DNA from: Eledone cirrhosa
Taxonomy: Eukaryota
DNA: 64,000 nucleotides
Assembly (NCBI GenBank): GCA_964016885.1
Contig: OZ024754.1
Span: forward strand, 44,950,001 to 45,014,000
Reading direction: 5' to 3'
Shown here: positions 41,918 to 57,079 of the stretch, piece after piece
Numbering within the stretch: the stretch's first letter is position 1
How the letters are laid out: each line of letters opens with the position of its first letter
Translations under genes and position numbers: made by a program
Notes under the pieces: model-generated
What the model was told of the DNA's origin: nothing
What the model saw: the letters and a program-made list of their open reading frames with translations, nothing else
Database searches by the model: none

Positions 41918-41979
41918 GTTATATTTTCCTCCTGTTGTGTTGTATGTCTACGCCATTTTGAAAAATGGCGTAGACATAA

Positions 41980-42183
41980 CGCTTTACCATTTACATCACT
42001 CTATATTTACTATTGAATTTTCGCACTAATATCTCACATAATATCGAATTTATGAGATTTTTATATTATTTATTTTGAGAACAATACCTTAACATCAGTA
42101 TGAGGGGGCCGGTTACTGCCGGTTTAAACAGAAAGAGGTGAGAGAATTCTGGCTGGAAATAGCGGATTTAAAAGCTAAAGGTT
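41980..42183. mobile_element. piggyBac-like MITE, degenerate copy
   Basis: Homologous along its length to 53451-53671. Confidence 0.6.
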
Positions 42184-42959
42184 TAAGGTTCAGTAACGCG
42201 CTCTCTGAGGTTTGCGCCCTAACAATTGCCTAGTGGATTGAATGGTAGCGCCACACCTGTATCAATATCTATTTTAGTCATGCAAATCTGTGATGAAATC
42301 ACTTTCATTCAAAAGCAAATATTTCTTTTTTATTTCGTCTGTATTGGTGATTTATTTCTACATCACTCCACCATCCCCCACACCACCGACGCCGCCACCA
42401 CCACACTACTACAACCACCACCACCACCACCACACCACCACCACTACGACCACCATAACCACTACCACCACCACGACAACCAACATCACCACCACCACCA
42501 GCACCACCACTACACAAACACCTCCCACATCACACCCCCTCACCGTTACAACAACAACAACACGACTACCACCACCATCACCACTACTACTAATACTACC
42601 ACCACCACCACCACCAATTTATTCAATATCCAAAACTTACTCATCGCCATAGTAATATAAAATGTTTCCAAGTGTAATATTTGTATCGGGTTGGAGAGAC
42701 AAGAGTGAGAAAAAAGCCTGAGGTTAATTCAGCTTTTGATATTGTGCAGAATGGTGTAAAAACGATTGAGGAATCTCCGCGAGGGTGTTAAAATATTCAG
42801 TTTTCAATGTAAGGGATGTCAGGTTATTTCAAAAGTGGATTAGTCGTTCAGAGATGTTATGGCGTATAGTTAGATATTGGGGAAAAAATATTATAGGGTT
42901 GCCATCTGTATTATAAATATGTTTATGTGTGTATGTATGTGTGCATGTATGTATGTATG

Positions 42960-43172
42960 CTTTATATCTGGAGATCTCTCTGCACTTGTCGTCACATGGT
43001 ACCATGGGCCCAGCACTATCTGTCAATAATTGTCACAAGTGTAGTGTTTGTACCAGACTTTTCAAGTCGCTGGCTGGACTAAGAAGTCACACTCGTTCAG
43101 CGCATCGGTAGGGGTTCTCCTACATGGATATAAAGTAGTGGCTCTACTCGAAAACGAGTTGGCAGCCACCAT
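42960..43172 (+). mobile_element. RTE-like LINE 3' end with C2H2-like finger and (TATG)n tail
   Basis: HKCSVCTRLFKSLAGLRSHTRSAHR*, a short UTR, then a (ATGT)n tail. Confidence 0.6.
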
Positions 43173-43363
43173 GTATGTATGTATGTATGTATGTATGTAT
43201 GTATGTATGTATGTATGTATAATGTACGTATGTACGTACCTATGTATGTATGTACATGCTTAAACTATATATCCTTTTTTTATTTCTACATTTAGTATTA
43301 AAGTTTATAGCAGGTAATACTTAACCAACATATAACACATCGTTATGTGATTCACCACACACG

Positions 43364-43438
<75 letters not shown>

Positions 43439-43899
43439 TTATATACACATGCGTGATGTGACTTTTGAAATTCTCATTCCAAGCTGTGCTGGTGAATTAC
43501 TAAATTTATGACGGATGTTCATTCAAAAATCAATTTGTGGATTAACTCACTTTGATGTAATGAGTAATACCAGCAGCGATTACTGTTGTAACTGTTAACA
43601 TTAAACCAATAAATTACTGGAATACTAGAATACTAGATTACTGGAATGATTCTTTAGTCGAGCTATGATTCATTTGAAACCTGAAAATATTGCTACTACA
43701 GTATGGTTCTTCCTCACAAATATACGAGAGTTAATGATAGACCAGCTATGTGGTCATACGACAGGTTAGAAACAGCAACGAAATCTTACTAAAATAAAGC
43801 CCTGATTCAGTACATACATGCATGGCTCTGTAACTTCTGAAGGAGTCGTAGGGGCGCCGTATTGACATACAGCATTTCTAGGGCGATTTTTAAATCCGG

Positions 43900-44143
43900 T
43901 GGATCCCATCTCCTCTCCAGGTCTGAGTACCGCAGATTTCTTCTAGAGAAGAATGGAAATGAAAAAGAGATATAAAGAATGAATCGACCCCAGTACTAGA
44001 CTGGTACTTTTTTTTTATAGCCCTCGAATGGATGAAAGGCAAAGTTGATCTCAGTGGGATTTGAACCCAAAGAGTAGAGAGGTGAAACGACTACGGTAAA
44101 TCAGTCTATCCGATCTTCTAATGACTCGGCCAATTCGCCACCC
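43900..44143 (-). mobile_element. SINE, alternative-tail subfamily
   Basis: Homologous to 5097-5372. Confidence 0.75.
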
Positions 44144-44364
44144 TTAATAGAGTATCATCTTTAGATTTTCTACATGAAGATCAATGTGAAAAAAGAACCC
44201 CACAATTCTCAACAATGCTGTGTGGTCCTCTTATGGGGATCAGTCACACTTTTGTATTTCAAGTACCACCAACCTTCGCAGGGTATAATTTAATGAAATC
44301 GGTATAAGAGTCTCCAGATGTTGTTGTTGTTGGTAGTGCTGTTGTTGTTCTTGTTATTAATTAG

Positions 44365-44552
44365 GGCGGAGGATTGGCAGTATCAGTAGAGGGTCGGACG
44401 CCATACTTTGCAGCAAAGAGTTACGGCCTTTTATGGTCTGAGTTCAAATCCCGCCGAGGTCAACTTTGCCTTTCATCCTTACGGGGTCGATAAAATAATG
44501 TACCAGTAATACACTGGATAATTGCTGGCCTTGTGCCAAAAGTAGAAACAGT
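44365..44552 (+). mobile_element. Full-length tRNA-derived SINE (major family; central domain resembles Deu/Nin type)
   Basis: GGCGGAGGATTGGCAGTATC (A box), GAGTTCAAATCCCGCC (B box), CTTTGCCTTTCATCCTTACGGGGTCGATAAAAT, and tail GGCCTTGTGCCAAAAGTAGAAAC. Confidence 0.85.
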
Positions 44553-45312
44553 TATTAATAGTGGTGGTGTTTGTATTGTTGTTGTGGTGTATTGGTAGTA
44601 GTTGTACTAGTGTTGTTGTTGTTGCTATAGTCTAGCTCATCCTCCTTTCCACCCATCAACCTAGCTGGCTGAACAGACCTGTCAGCTAAAGTTTCACAAT
44701 ATATACAAGACGATACAAGACGTATTTTGACTGGTATTTCTAGCAGGTAGTTGAAATGACCACGATGGACATCAATGCTTCGTGTCTGACCCCAAGAGGA
44801 ATTACGTGGGGTAACAATAATAAGACAACAGAATCCTTTAAACTTCCCCGCCAGCCCAGGTCCTCATCAACGGAAATCATTAGTAAAAGACACAACAGCT
44901 GGGAGTGGCAGGAAAAAACAAATTGGAACAGAGAAAAGAAAACACACAGAGACACTCTCTCACACACACACACTCACACACACAGTCACACTCACTCACA
45001 CACACAGAGACACTCTCTCACACACACACACTCACACACACACAGTCACACTACTCACACACACAGAGACACTCTCTCACACACACACACTCACACACAC
45101 ACAGTCACACTACTCACACACACAGAGACACTCTCTCACACACACACACTCACACACACAGAGACACTCTCTCACACACACATACACACTCACACACACA
45201 CAGTCACACTACTCACACACACAGAGACACTCTCGAACACGCACACACACTCAGACACTCACACACACACACAGTCACACACACTCACACACACACACAC
45301 ACACACACACAG

Positions 45313-45347
<35 letters not shown>

Positions 45348-45482
45348 CACACACAGTCACACTCATTCACACACACACATTCACGCACACTCACACACAC
45401 TCACACACACTCACACACACACACTCACACACACACACACACACTCACACTCACACACATATATATGCGTTGTTTTTATATA

Positions 45483-45574
45483 TAGTTGTCTCCCAGTATT
45501 CGCGGGAGTTACGTTCCTAGAGCACCCGCGAAGAGTGGGAAACCGCGAATAATCGGAAACGCGGGTACACTGTA
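45483..45574. mobile_element. Short pogo/Tigger-like MITE
   Basis: GTATTCGCGG..ACGTTCCTAGAGCACCCGCG, the reverse complement of about 21460-21505. Confidence 0.5.
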
Positions 45575-45589
45575 TATATATATATATAT

Positions 45590-45740
45590 GAAAAAGTTCA
45601 GGAACCCGACGGCAGAGCTCAAGCCGTTTCGACGGCTATTTCTGGACGGAAATAGCCGTCGAAACGGCTTGAGCTCTGCCGTCGGGGTCCTGAACTTTTT
45701 CCTATTACCCAAAGTATCGAGTACTCTGGTGCGTTTTGGT

Positions 45741-45743
<3 letters not shown>
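45590..45743 (+). mobile_element. Family B palindromic element
   Basis: Arms centred near 45645; GAAACGGC...GCCGTC. Confidence 0.7.
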
Positions 45744-45782
<39 letters not shown>

Positions 45783-45906
45783 CGCTGCTTTCACCCTTGA
45801 CGGGATCTTCTGAAATATATTTGATATATATTTATCCTTATCGAGCCCTCTTTGGATTTTAATCTTCAAATTTATTATTATTACTATATATATATATACA
45901 ATTCCA

Positions 45907-45994
<88 letters not shown>

Positions 45995-46374
45995 AGCAGA
46001 AGGAAAAGTATAGATACATGACTATAACCCTCCCCTCTCCGTCACCCAACACATACGCCTATCCTTCCCTCCCTATATCCTACCTACCCTGCTCCCACTC
46101 TACCCTCCCCTATCCTACCTACCTTGCCGCTACTCTACCCTACCCCTACCCTACCTACCTCCCCTACCTACCCCACCCCTACTCTACCCTCCTCTACCCT
46201 ACCTACCTACCCGGCCTTTAGAAATACTCTATCAAAATAATCACAACAGACTCCACACATGTTGACAATTTCTACCCGGATATTCCTAGGCTTTTCCCTT
46301 TTTTTAACAGCGGGTATTGGATAATAATATCTAACCCTTCCTTTAATTTTAAATAACGTGGGCTGTTTCTTATT

Positions 46375-46429
<55 letters not shown>

Positions 46430-46711
46430 CCGCAGTGGTAGGTGGTGTCTGTTATGTAACAGCTGTAACAGAAATAATGGTGGCGGCTAAAAGACCCGAA
46501 CATAAATGTCAGGATAAATATTTTCTACCAATATTAGATTTCCTATCACCAGAAGAAACGGCTTAACGTCCGAGACATTTTGTACTAAAGAAGATGATAT
46601 TAGTTAATATGATCTTGGGCTTCGTATATATCGGAACGATGGGATGGCCACGGCTGGAATACCTCAGAAAATATCTGCTTGAACAGGCTTGACCTGTTCC
46701 TAAACACCAAC

Positions 46712-47050
46712 AAAAACAACAACAATAAAACTACAACCACACCAGCAACAACAACAATAAAACTACAACCACAACAGCAACAACAATAAAACTACAACCA
46801 CAACAGCAACAACAACAATAAAACTACAACCACAACAGCAACAACAACAATAATAACTACAACCACAACAGCAACAACAACGATAATAACTACAACCACA
46901 ACAGCAACAACAACAATAAAACTACAACCACAACAGCAACAACAACAATAAAACTACAACCACAACAGCAACAACAACAATAAAACTACAACCACAACAG
47001 CAACAACAACAATAACAACTAGAACCACCACCACAACCACAACAACAATA
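46712..47050. repeat. About 32-bp AAC-rich minisatellite
   Basis: Unit AACAACAACAATAAAACTACAACCACAACAGC. Confidence 0.85.
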
Positions 47051-47196
47051 ACCACAAGGTTGCCAGCAGTGCCAAGGGACTTTGAAATGCCAAAGCTAAG
47101 ATCAGGACGAAATTCTAGTCGAGAATTTCCGTTTCTTGCTGATGTCAAAACAATCACCAACTTTTATACTTACTACCACTACCACTACTACAACCA

Positions 47197-47233
<37 letters not shown>

Positions 47234-47998
47234 AACTACCATTACCACTACCTCCACCACAACCATTACCACTACTACTACCATTACCACTACCATCACA
47301 ACTACCACCACAGCTACCACCACCACCACTACCACCACAACTACCATTACCACTACCACTATTACTAGCACAACCACTTGCATCTTTATCAGATTTGATA
47401 CATAGTACAACCACCACTACAACCTCCACCACCACCACTACAACCACCACAACCACCTCCACCACCCCACTACAACCACCACCACCACTACAATCACCAA
47501 CATCCACCATACCACCACCACCACAACCACCACCACCACTACAACCACTACCACCACCTCCACCACCCCACTACAACCATCACCACCTCCACCACCACCA
47601 CTACAATCACCAACATCCACCATACCACCACCACTACAACCAACACCACCACTACAACTACCACCACCACCTCCAACACTACAACCACCACCACCACCTC
47701 CACCACCCCACTACAACCACCACCACCACTAAAATCACCAACATCCACCATACCACCACCACTACAACCACCACCACCACCTCACTACAACCAACACCAC
47801 CACTACATCCACCTCTACCACCTCCACCACTACAACCACCACCACCACCACTACAAAATGGAGGATAACAGAGAGATATGTTAACATGCTCTCTAGGATA
47901 TATATGTAGGGGTGAGGGGGAGTAGGTAATATGGGAGAAGAGGAGGGAAAAGATGAAGGTAACTATGGCGTTATGTCAATAGATATGTAGTAAATATA

Positions 47999-48029
<31 letters not shown>

Positions 48030-48077
48030 AAGGAGGGGGGTGAATGAGAGAGAGAGTGAGTGAGTGAATGTGTGTGT

Positions 48078-48118
<41 letters not shown>

Positions 48119-48253
48119 AGCAGAGAAACTGCTCAACCTTCTAACTTACTCCCAGAGTATATAAAGTACATTTGATGCCGTGTCTATAGTTTGGTCTAGA
48201 TTTCCTCTCTACCCCCCCCCCCCCCCCCCCCACACATACACAAACACACACAC

Positions 48254-48320
<67 letters not shown>

Positions 48321-48449
48321 GTATATATATTCAAAAGGGGGACAAAGAATGGAAAGAAAAAAACAACGGAAAGACGGACATTCCCATCTCCTCAGTCAAC
48401 CTTTGGAAATCACAACGGTTTGGGATCATTAAGGTCGATACTATCATAT

Positions 48450-48514
<65 letters not shown>

Positions 48515-49407
48515 AAATTGTTGCACTGTTTTCCATTCTTGGCATCTGTAATCTGAATGTAGAAGCAAATACCTTATAGGAGACAATTTAAATATTTAGG
48601 GAGGCAATTGATATGCAAATTAAACTCTTATTTTTGTTGTTGTTGTTGTAAGTGTTTCAATTCCATATGATATTTGTTTTAAACACTAAACGTGTTTATT
48701 TTTTTATATATGTAAATGTTTAGAGGAGGATGAAACCTGTTGAGGTGTTGTGGTGAGGTATGAAGCAAATATGGTTAAGAACCAGTTTTCTATCAGGGTT
48801 GTACGTGTTTGTCATATTATATTCCTTCCGAGATATAGCTTTACGAAACTTTACTGATAACACAACGAATAGAAACGTCAAAAACTTCTTAACTTATTGC
48901 TTGCCAGATAGAGTTACAATTATTTATATAAACGATATTTAGTGGTGTGATCTCGTGAGCTGGTGTGACCACCTGGACTTTTGACCTCAGTAGAAAGTAA
49001 CCTATGTTATGTGCTAGACATAAACAAACAAACAAGATTGAACAACGATTATTCAGTGCTTTTGATGGTAACTTATCTTCAAGTTATAACCACGCTGACG
49101 CAGAGCAAACGTTCCGATTACACGGATATTAGATTTCTTACGTTACTGCCAGCATATACGTATATATATATATATATGTATGTATGTATGTATCTATGTA
49201 TATATATATATATATATATGTACATACATACATATATATAATTGTCTATACCAAATTACAAAATGGAGTTAAATATACATATATATATATATATGTATAT
49301 TTAATATATATATATATATTCATACATACGTACATACATACATACATATATGTCTCCCTCTCTCTCTATCTCTCTCTCTCTCCCCTCTCTCTCTCACTCT
49401 CTCTGTA

Positions 49408-49660
49408 GCGTGGCGAATTGGTAGCGGTGTTAGAAAGTTGGATAGACTGTCTTACAATATTCGTTCTGTCTCCCTGCGTTTGTGTTCAAATCACGCCGAG
49501 GTCAACTTTACCTTTCATCCATTCGATATCGATATAATATATTCTGGCTCAATACTGGGGTGGATTCTTCCTCCTCAATCTCCCTTTCTTTCTCCCCTTC
49601 TCTGGAAGAAATCGGTTGTGTTCACACGCAGAAAGGGGACGACTTCCGTCAGATTTAAAG
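49408..49660 (+). mobile_element. SINE, alternative-tail subfamily
   Basis: GTTCAAATCACGCCGAGGTCAACTTT...CTCTGGAAGAAATCGG. Confidence 0.7.
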
Positions 49661-49713
49661 GGCTCAACATACGCCATTGGTCCTCTAGGTTTAGCGTGCA
49701 GTATTGCCAACCA

Positions 49714-49768
<55 letters not shown>

Positions 49769-49937
49769 GTGTGTGTATGTGTGTGTTGGTGTATGTGTGT
49801 GTTGGTGTGTGTGTGTCAGTCTATCTATATCTATTTGTCTATCCACCTGTCTGCCTCTCTCCCCCACCTCTCTCTCTTTATATATATATATATATATTTC
49901 GTTTCTGAATTTGTTTAGCAAGATTCTTTATCTGAAA

Positions 49938-49972
<35 letters not shown>

Positions 49973-50271
49973 TCACGAAGAGAGAGATAGAGAGAGAGAG
50001 AGTATATGAGCGAGGACTAGACATATATATATTTATATATATTCAGAAAGAGAAAGAGAGAGTGTATGAGAGTGGTATATCCATTATATATATAGATATA
50101 TACATATCATATATACATATAATATATACATATACATAATTGGGTTATGACAATATTTACATGAGAATTCAACAAGAAGACATTACTAGGAAAAACCCAG
50201 AATGATATAAAAGGTATATAAATCAGACATCGAAGAGGAAAGGGAAAAAAACAAGTGAAAGAATGATTAAT

Positions 50272-50352
<81 letters not shown>

Positions 50353-50728
50353 CATAAATAAATAAATATATAAATACATAAATATATAAATACATAAATA
50401 TATAAATACATAAATATATATACAAATACATAAATAAATATATAAATATATATATATAAATACATACATAAGTATATAAATATACAAATATATAAATATA
50501 TAAATAAATAAATATATAAATATATGTATATATAAATATATAAATATATATACAAATACATACATATAAATATATAAATATATAAATATATAAATAAATA
50601 TATTATTGTATCATATTGTTCTCTTTCATTCTGTGTTGCTTTCTTTATTCCCGTAAGTACCGGTTGTTGTTAAAGATCCAACTTTTCTTTTTTATAAAAA
50701 CTTCTAACGTGGTAGAAAACACAAACAA

Positions 50729-50779
<51 letters not shown>

Positions 50780-50783
<4 letters not shown>

Positions 50784-50997
50784 AACGAGTAGGACCCCGA
50801 CGGCTGAGCTCAAGCCGTTTCGACGGCTAATTCTGGACTAGAATTAGCCGTAATTCTTAGTCCAGAATTAGCCGTCGAAACGGCTTGAGCTCAGCCGTCG
50901 GGGTCCTACTCGTTCCTATTACCCACTCTACTACCCTAAGTATTGAGTACTTTGGTGCGTTATGGTCCACCTGGTTCCTTACCACATTTCCTTCGTT
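50780..50997 (+). mobile_element. Family B palindromic element, best preserved copy
   Basis: Arms 50780-50840 and 50858-50918; GAAA(50877)-cggct..agccg-TC-ggggtc; tail; (TA)n flanks. Confidence 0.75.
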
Positions 50998-51175
50998 ATA
51001 TATATATATATACATATATAGAATTCACATGAATCAAAGTTCTGTTCAAACCATTTATTAGCTTACAATTGGTAATAAGGTAGTAATAAATTACTGTCTT
51101 TCACTGTTTAGGGTTTAAACTATATATAACTATAAAAAGTTTTAGTATATACATAACCATAAATAGTATCCTTAA

Positions 51176-51275
<100 letters not shown>

Positions 51276-51276
51276 A

Positions 51277-51430
51277 TAACGAAGGAGTTGTGGTAAGGAA
51301 CCAGATGGACCATAACGCACCAGAGTACTCAATACTTAGGGTAGTATATTTCTGGACTAGTCAAAGACTAGTCCAGAAATAGCCGTCGAAACGGCTTGAG
51401 CTCTGCCGTCGGGGTCATACTTTCTCCTAT
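51277..51430. mobile_element. Family B rearranged element
   Basis: Minus-strand tail joined to an inverted repeat centred near 51364, followed by the hammerhead 3' half. Confidence 0.65.
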
Positions 51431-51439
51431 ATCTATATC

Positions 51440-51473
<34 letters not shown>

Positions 51474-51481
51474 TATCTATA

Positions 51482-51603
<122 letters not shown>

Positions 51604-53450
51604 AACGTGTGATGTGTAAATAGTCACTGCACTAAAATACATATTGACTTATTCACTGCTTGAAAATAGTTCAAAGTCTATTTTTAATTTTAGTTATTGA
51701 CTGCGTTCGTTGACTACTTGTACAAATGTACCAGTAAAAGTAGCGGTTAATTTGTAGTTATTCTTGGGCACACCTCCGCCAACAACCTTCCTTTTAAGTT
51801 CTGAGTTCAAAACCCATCGAAATCAACTTTGCTTCCTGTCATTCTTCCGTGATCGATAATTTAAAGTACGAATGAAACAAAACACAGAGGTCGATTTAAT
51901 CGATCATTCTCATAAAAAAAATGGGTGACCTTGTGCTTATATTAGTTTCTAATTTAGGCACAACGTTAGTAAATTTGGTGGAAGTGAAATGTTGATTAAA
52001 TCAACTCCAATACTTGACTGGTACTTTATTTTATCGAGCTCGAACGAATGAAAGACAAACTTCACCTCGGCTTTATTTGAACCCCGATCAAAGTACTTGA
52101 TTGGTAGTTTATTTTATCATCCTATGTTCTTATATTCCACCAATTTTCAATGAAGACGACTGCTGCTTCACCCAAATATGTGGCCATTTTTTATGTTAGA
52201 TATTGTTTTTATGGATGTTAGGGTCGTTTAAAATAGAATGGTAGAGCACCGAGAAATAATACGATGTTTATTTACAAGACTGTAAAGCATGAGTTGATAT
52301 TTCCGTCCAGTTTTAAGTTTAACTTCAATATTTCCGAGATTGTTGAAACACTGAACGAAAATATAATCGCCGGAAAAAACAAAAGTGACTTTTCGTTAAA
52401 ATACTATAAATAGCAGTTAAATATTCTTTTATGTGTTTTATCAAGTAAATCTACATGTCTTGTTTGTCCACAATGACCACACAAGTTATATAATGTAGCA
52501 TTATATAAAGAAATTATAATTTATTGCACATCTTAAAACAATGAAACGAAAACGAAAGACATTAAATCAGTTTTTCTGTGTCAAACTTTTGTGACTTCTA
52601 TCTGTTTTTTTTTTCCTTTGATGTTTTTATCTAACATCTTTTCCTGTGTCTTTTTTTTCTGTGATTTTTTTCTGTGGCTTTTTTCTGTGATTTTTTTCTG
52701 ACATCTTTTTCTGTCATTTTTTTCTGACATCTTTTTCTGTGACATATTTTTCTGACATCTTTTCTGTGAGATCTTTTTTTGTGATTTTTATCTTTGGCTT
52801 TTTCTTTTGTGACATCTTTTTGTGAGTTTTGTCTGTGATTATTTTTCTCTGATGATTTTTGTGACCTTTATCTGTGACCCTTTGTGATTATTTGTGATTT
52901 TTTTCTAGATTCCTTGATATATGTACTGGTTAAGTACTGAGATTCGATTCAATATACATTCCTGGGCCCTGGCTAACGAAGCACCCCGTATATTGTTGCT
53001 CTACTTGATAAAAATAGGAGTCTAAACTACTTCAAATTGCACAAAAAACAAGACGAGTTACTCACGCCTGGGAAAACATTTTGTTGTTTATCGACAAGAG
53101 GAAAGGCTGCACGCATTACAGGTGGCATCCTTGACAGGTGGAAGAAAAGGAAGAGATTCTCCTCCGACTGAAGACTTCGTCTGAAAGCTGGTGAACGCCA
53201 CTAAAAGTACCCAGGGAGGTTGTGGTGATATTATACCATGTGATTACTAGATCAGAGAAACGATCACTTTAACAGGTTTCCACACATTGATCCAAGGATA
53301 CGCTATTAGACAGTTTGCCTAATGTGCTGCGGCCAGTCAAATTAAAACCCGTAAGCCTGTAATTATGAAGTGAACGTCCGAACAATATAACCAACCCTGC
53401 ACCTAAATCATTGACCCAAGCCTGCTCAAACATGGCTGACTTGAGGTTAA

Positions 53451-53671
53451 CCCTTTACCATTTACATTACTCCATATTTACTATTATATTTTCACGGTAA
53501 AGGCTGAATCTCTCATAATTATCCCACATAATATCGAATCTATGAGATTTTGATATTATATATTTTGTAAACAATACTTTCAGGTAAGTATGAGCAGCCG
53601 GTTACAGCTGGTTTGAACAGAAAGAGGTGAGAGAATTCTGGCCAGATATGGCCAGTTTAAATGCTAAAGGG
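53451..53671. mobile_element. piggyBac-like MITE
   Basis: TTAA|CCCTTTACCATTTA...TAAATGCTAAAGGG|TTAA: TIRs start CCC and end GGG, with a TTAA target duplication. Confidence 0.8.
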
Positions 53672-54097
53672 TTAAACAACAACAACAGCAGCAGCAGGAG
53701 TAGCAACAACAACCACTATACATACCTGGTCTTGTGCAAATGGTTGAAATTATTATTAGCCCTAATAACAGAATTAGTGATTTGCCGTTGTGTATTGATC
53801 GTATTTCAAAAACTTTATCGATTAGTAGCGTGGTTAAGATTTCATACACAACAGTTATTTGTGAATAAGACAAAAATAAGAAGAAAATAAAAAGGAAAAT
53901 CATCAAAGAATATTGTGGTGTATTTTCATAGCTAAAAGTAAAGCAACTGACCTGTTTAACTGGTTGTTTCGTCTTGGGGGAGATATTGTTGTTATAATAA
54001 CATCACTGCTATTGTTAACTATATAGTGTATATTCACCTAGCTGCACACAAATATTGATAATATACCTCCATCTTCACCAGCCCATATATCCATATA

Positions 54098-54137
<40 letters not shown>

Positions 54138-54217
54138 GTAAACAGAAATAACAACACAATCTGTACAGTATATGGAAGGAATATATTAGGTTAACGCTTG
54201 AAATAGCAGGGAGAGGG

Positions 54218-54253
54218 TCTTAACGTTTCGGACGCGAGCCCTTCATCAGAAGA
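54218..54253 (-). ncRNA. Minimal type I hammerhead (family F) with palindromic ACGT stem III
   Basis: tctt-CTGATGA-a-gggc.tcgc.gtcc-GAAA-cg-TT-aaga. Element spans about 54133-54342 between (TA)n tracts. Confidence 0.75.
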
Positions 54254-54786
54254 AACAATGAGAATTAAGATAGATTGAAGGGACGGGCGGGATGGAATTT
54301 GAAAAAAATGTCTTTAGATAAAAATAACAGGTCCATTCATGTTATATATATATATATATAGAGAGAGAGATAGATATATATAGATATAGATATATACACA
54401 CACATATGTATATATATATGTGTGTGTGTATATCATGCAGTCTGTGTATGAGGAATGGGAAAAAAACTCGAATCGTCTTGGACTATCCTTGTACTGACAT
54501 GTCGGAAACTCCCTTTATTGGTGTTCGGGTGATGAAAACAAAAAAGGGTTCTATAGATTGAGTTGGTCTGAATGATTTAGAGCCATTTAAGATAATGTAG
54601 TTGGGGTCTATCTTCTCGGTAAGCCCATTTGGTGAAAAGAACGAACAGGTTTCGATTTATTGGATCTCTTCAGCGAAGCATATTTACTTATTAATTTGTC
54701 TAGACTAGAATGCTGCCAAATATATAGGAAAATAGGAAAGTGGAAAGAAGAAATTATTCACTGATTATGTGTGCTAAAAGTTGCCG

Positions 54787-54817
<31 letters not shown>

Positions 54818-54818
54818 C

Positions 54819-54851
<33 letters not shown>

Positions 54852-54859
54852 CATATATA

Positions 54860-54909
<50 letters not shown>

Positions 54910-56091
54910 CCGGCAACTATAAATTTCGCAAAATGAAACAAATAATGTGCTACATTATTTATTGTTACAAAATATCAATTTGCTATATATTTATTAGATA
55001 AATTGATTGACTCTCGAATAATACTGAAAATGCCTCACTACAGTTTAAAATACAATGTCTGAACTAGATTCATATTAAGTTCAAAACTGATTGATTAGTT
55101 CATACTCATAAAATATTATATTATATGAGTATAACAACTCTGCAACTTACCATACACCGAGTACCGTGATGGTTTTGGTTCTTTACCCAGCCCTCCAACC
55201 GTGAGCACTTCATTTATTGTATCATAAATATTTATAACATAATAATTGTTTTGGCAAAAGGCCAGCAATTCTCGTTTTTTTTTCCTAGTCCTCCAACCGT
55301 AAGCACTTCATATATATAACATTATAGATATTTATAATATATATTGATTTGAAATATTTGGCAAAAGACCAGCAATTCTCGGAGAAGCCTAAAGTTGAGT
55401 ATAGTAACCCAGTATTTCACTGGTACCTTATTTTATCTAACTCGGAAGATTAAAACTGAAAGTTGATTAAATCAACACCAATACTTGAATGTTACGTTAT
55501 TTTAGCAACATCGAAAGGAGGAAAGGTACATTTGACCACGGTGTGATGAAACTTAAATAGAAAATAAGCAATGACCCATGACACAAAGGAACATGTTTTC
55601 ATTTAACAGATACATATCAACACACTTTTAAGTAGGCTTATTTGATATCTACCTACTTAAAATTCTCGTAAATCAACTTTCTTCTATGCACTTAGTGCAA
55701 AATATTTCCTTTTCGGTTTTCCACTAACAAGTTGCTTTTCTGTTGGTACTTTAGACATGATACTAAATAAAAATTGTTATGAATTGTAAAAAAATGAATA
55801 AATAGAGCAACGTGTGTACAAATTGCAACGAAATGACCGTGCCTGCTAAATACAAAATGAGCTAGATTGAGATTTTGGAGGGAGCAGCGTCTTGCTGGTG
55901 AGTTAGTCATTTAATAATTCGTTTGGCTGAATTAGAAGTACTGTAAGGCAACTAGTGGCAAATATTTCATTATTTTGTATGGTAGATTGTTGATACATTC
56001 TTCCCGCTTATTGAATTCACATAAAACCCTTTCACCGATAAGATATTGAAACATTGTACATATAGATGTCAAGAAAATCATTGCAGCGATA

Positions 56092-57079
56092 ACACTTTGA
56101 GTTGTTGTTCACATAGACGTAATGACATTGCAATGAGAATATGTTGAGCCGTTGTTCACATAGATGTTATGACATCGCAACGATATGTTGAGCCGTTGTT
56201 CACATAGATGTTATGACATCGCAACGATATGTTGAGCCGTTGTTCACATAGATGTTATGACATCGCAACGATATGTTGAGCCGTTGTTCACATAGATGTT
56301 ATGACATCGCAACGATATGTTGAGCCGTTGTTCACATAGATGTTATGACATCGCAACGATATGTTGAGCTGTTGTTCACATAGATGTTATGACATCGCAA
56401 CGATATGTTGAGCTGTTGTTCACATAGATGTTATGACATCGCAACGATATGTTGAGCTGTTGTTCACATAGATGTTATGACATCGCAACGATATGTTGAG
56501 CTGTTGTTCACATAGATGTTATGACATCGCAACGATATGTTGAGCTGTTGTTCACATAGATGTTATGACATCGCAACGATCTGTTGAGCTGTTGTTCACA
56601 TAGATGTTATGACATCGCAACGATATGTTGAGCTGTTGTTCACATAGATGTTATGACATCGCAACGATATGTTGACCTGATGTTCACATAGATGTTATGA
56701 CATCGCAACGATATGTTGAGCCTTTGTTCACATAGATGTTATGACATCGCAACGATATGTTGAGCTGTTGTTCACATAGATGTTATGACATCGCAACGAT
56801 ATGTTGAGCCGTTGTTCACATAGATGTTATGACATCGCAACGATATGTTGAGCTGTTGTTCACATAGACGTTATGACATCGCAACGATATGTTGAGCTGT
56901 TGTTCACATAGATGTTATGACATCGAAAGGATATGTTGAGCCGTTGTTCACATAGATGTTATGACATCGCAACGATATGTTGAGCTGTTGTTCACATAGA
57001 TGTTATGACATCGCAACGATATGTTGAGCTGTTGTTCACATAGACGTTATGACATCGCAACGATATGTTCAGCTGTTGT
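56092..57079. repeat. 44-bp tandem satellite, about 22 copies
   Basis: Unit GATATGTTGAGCTGTTGTTCACATAGATGTTATGACATCGCAAC, with no spacers. Confidence 0.95.

Noticed and set aside
53165-53195. CTGAAGACTTCGTCTGAAAGC hammerhead-like motif
   Set aside because: The hairpin overlaps the core, and there is no valid UH site or stem I.
56092-57079. CRISPR-like regular array
   Set aside because: Units are contiguous with no unique spacers, there are no cas genes, and the context is eukaryotic.
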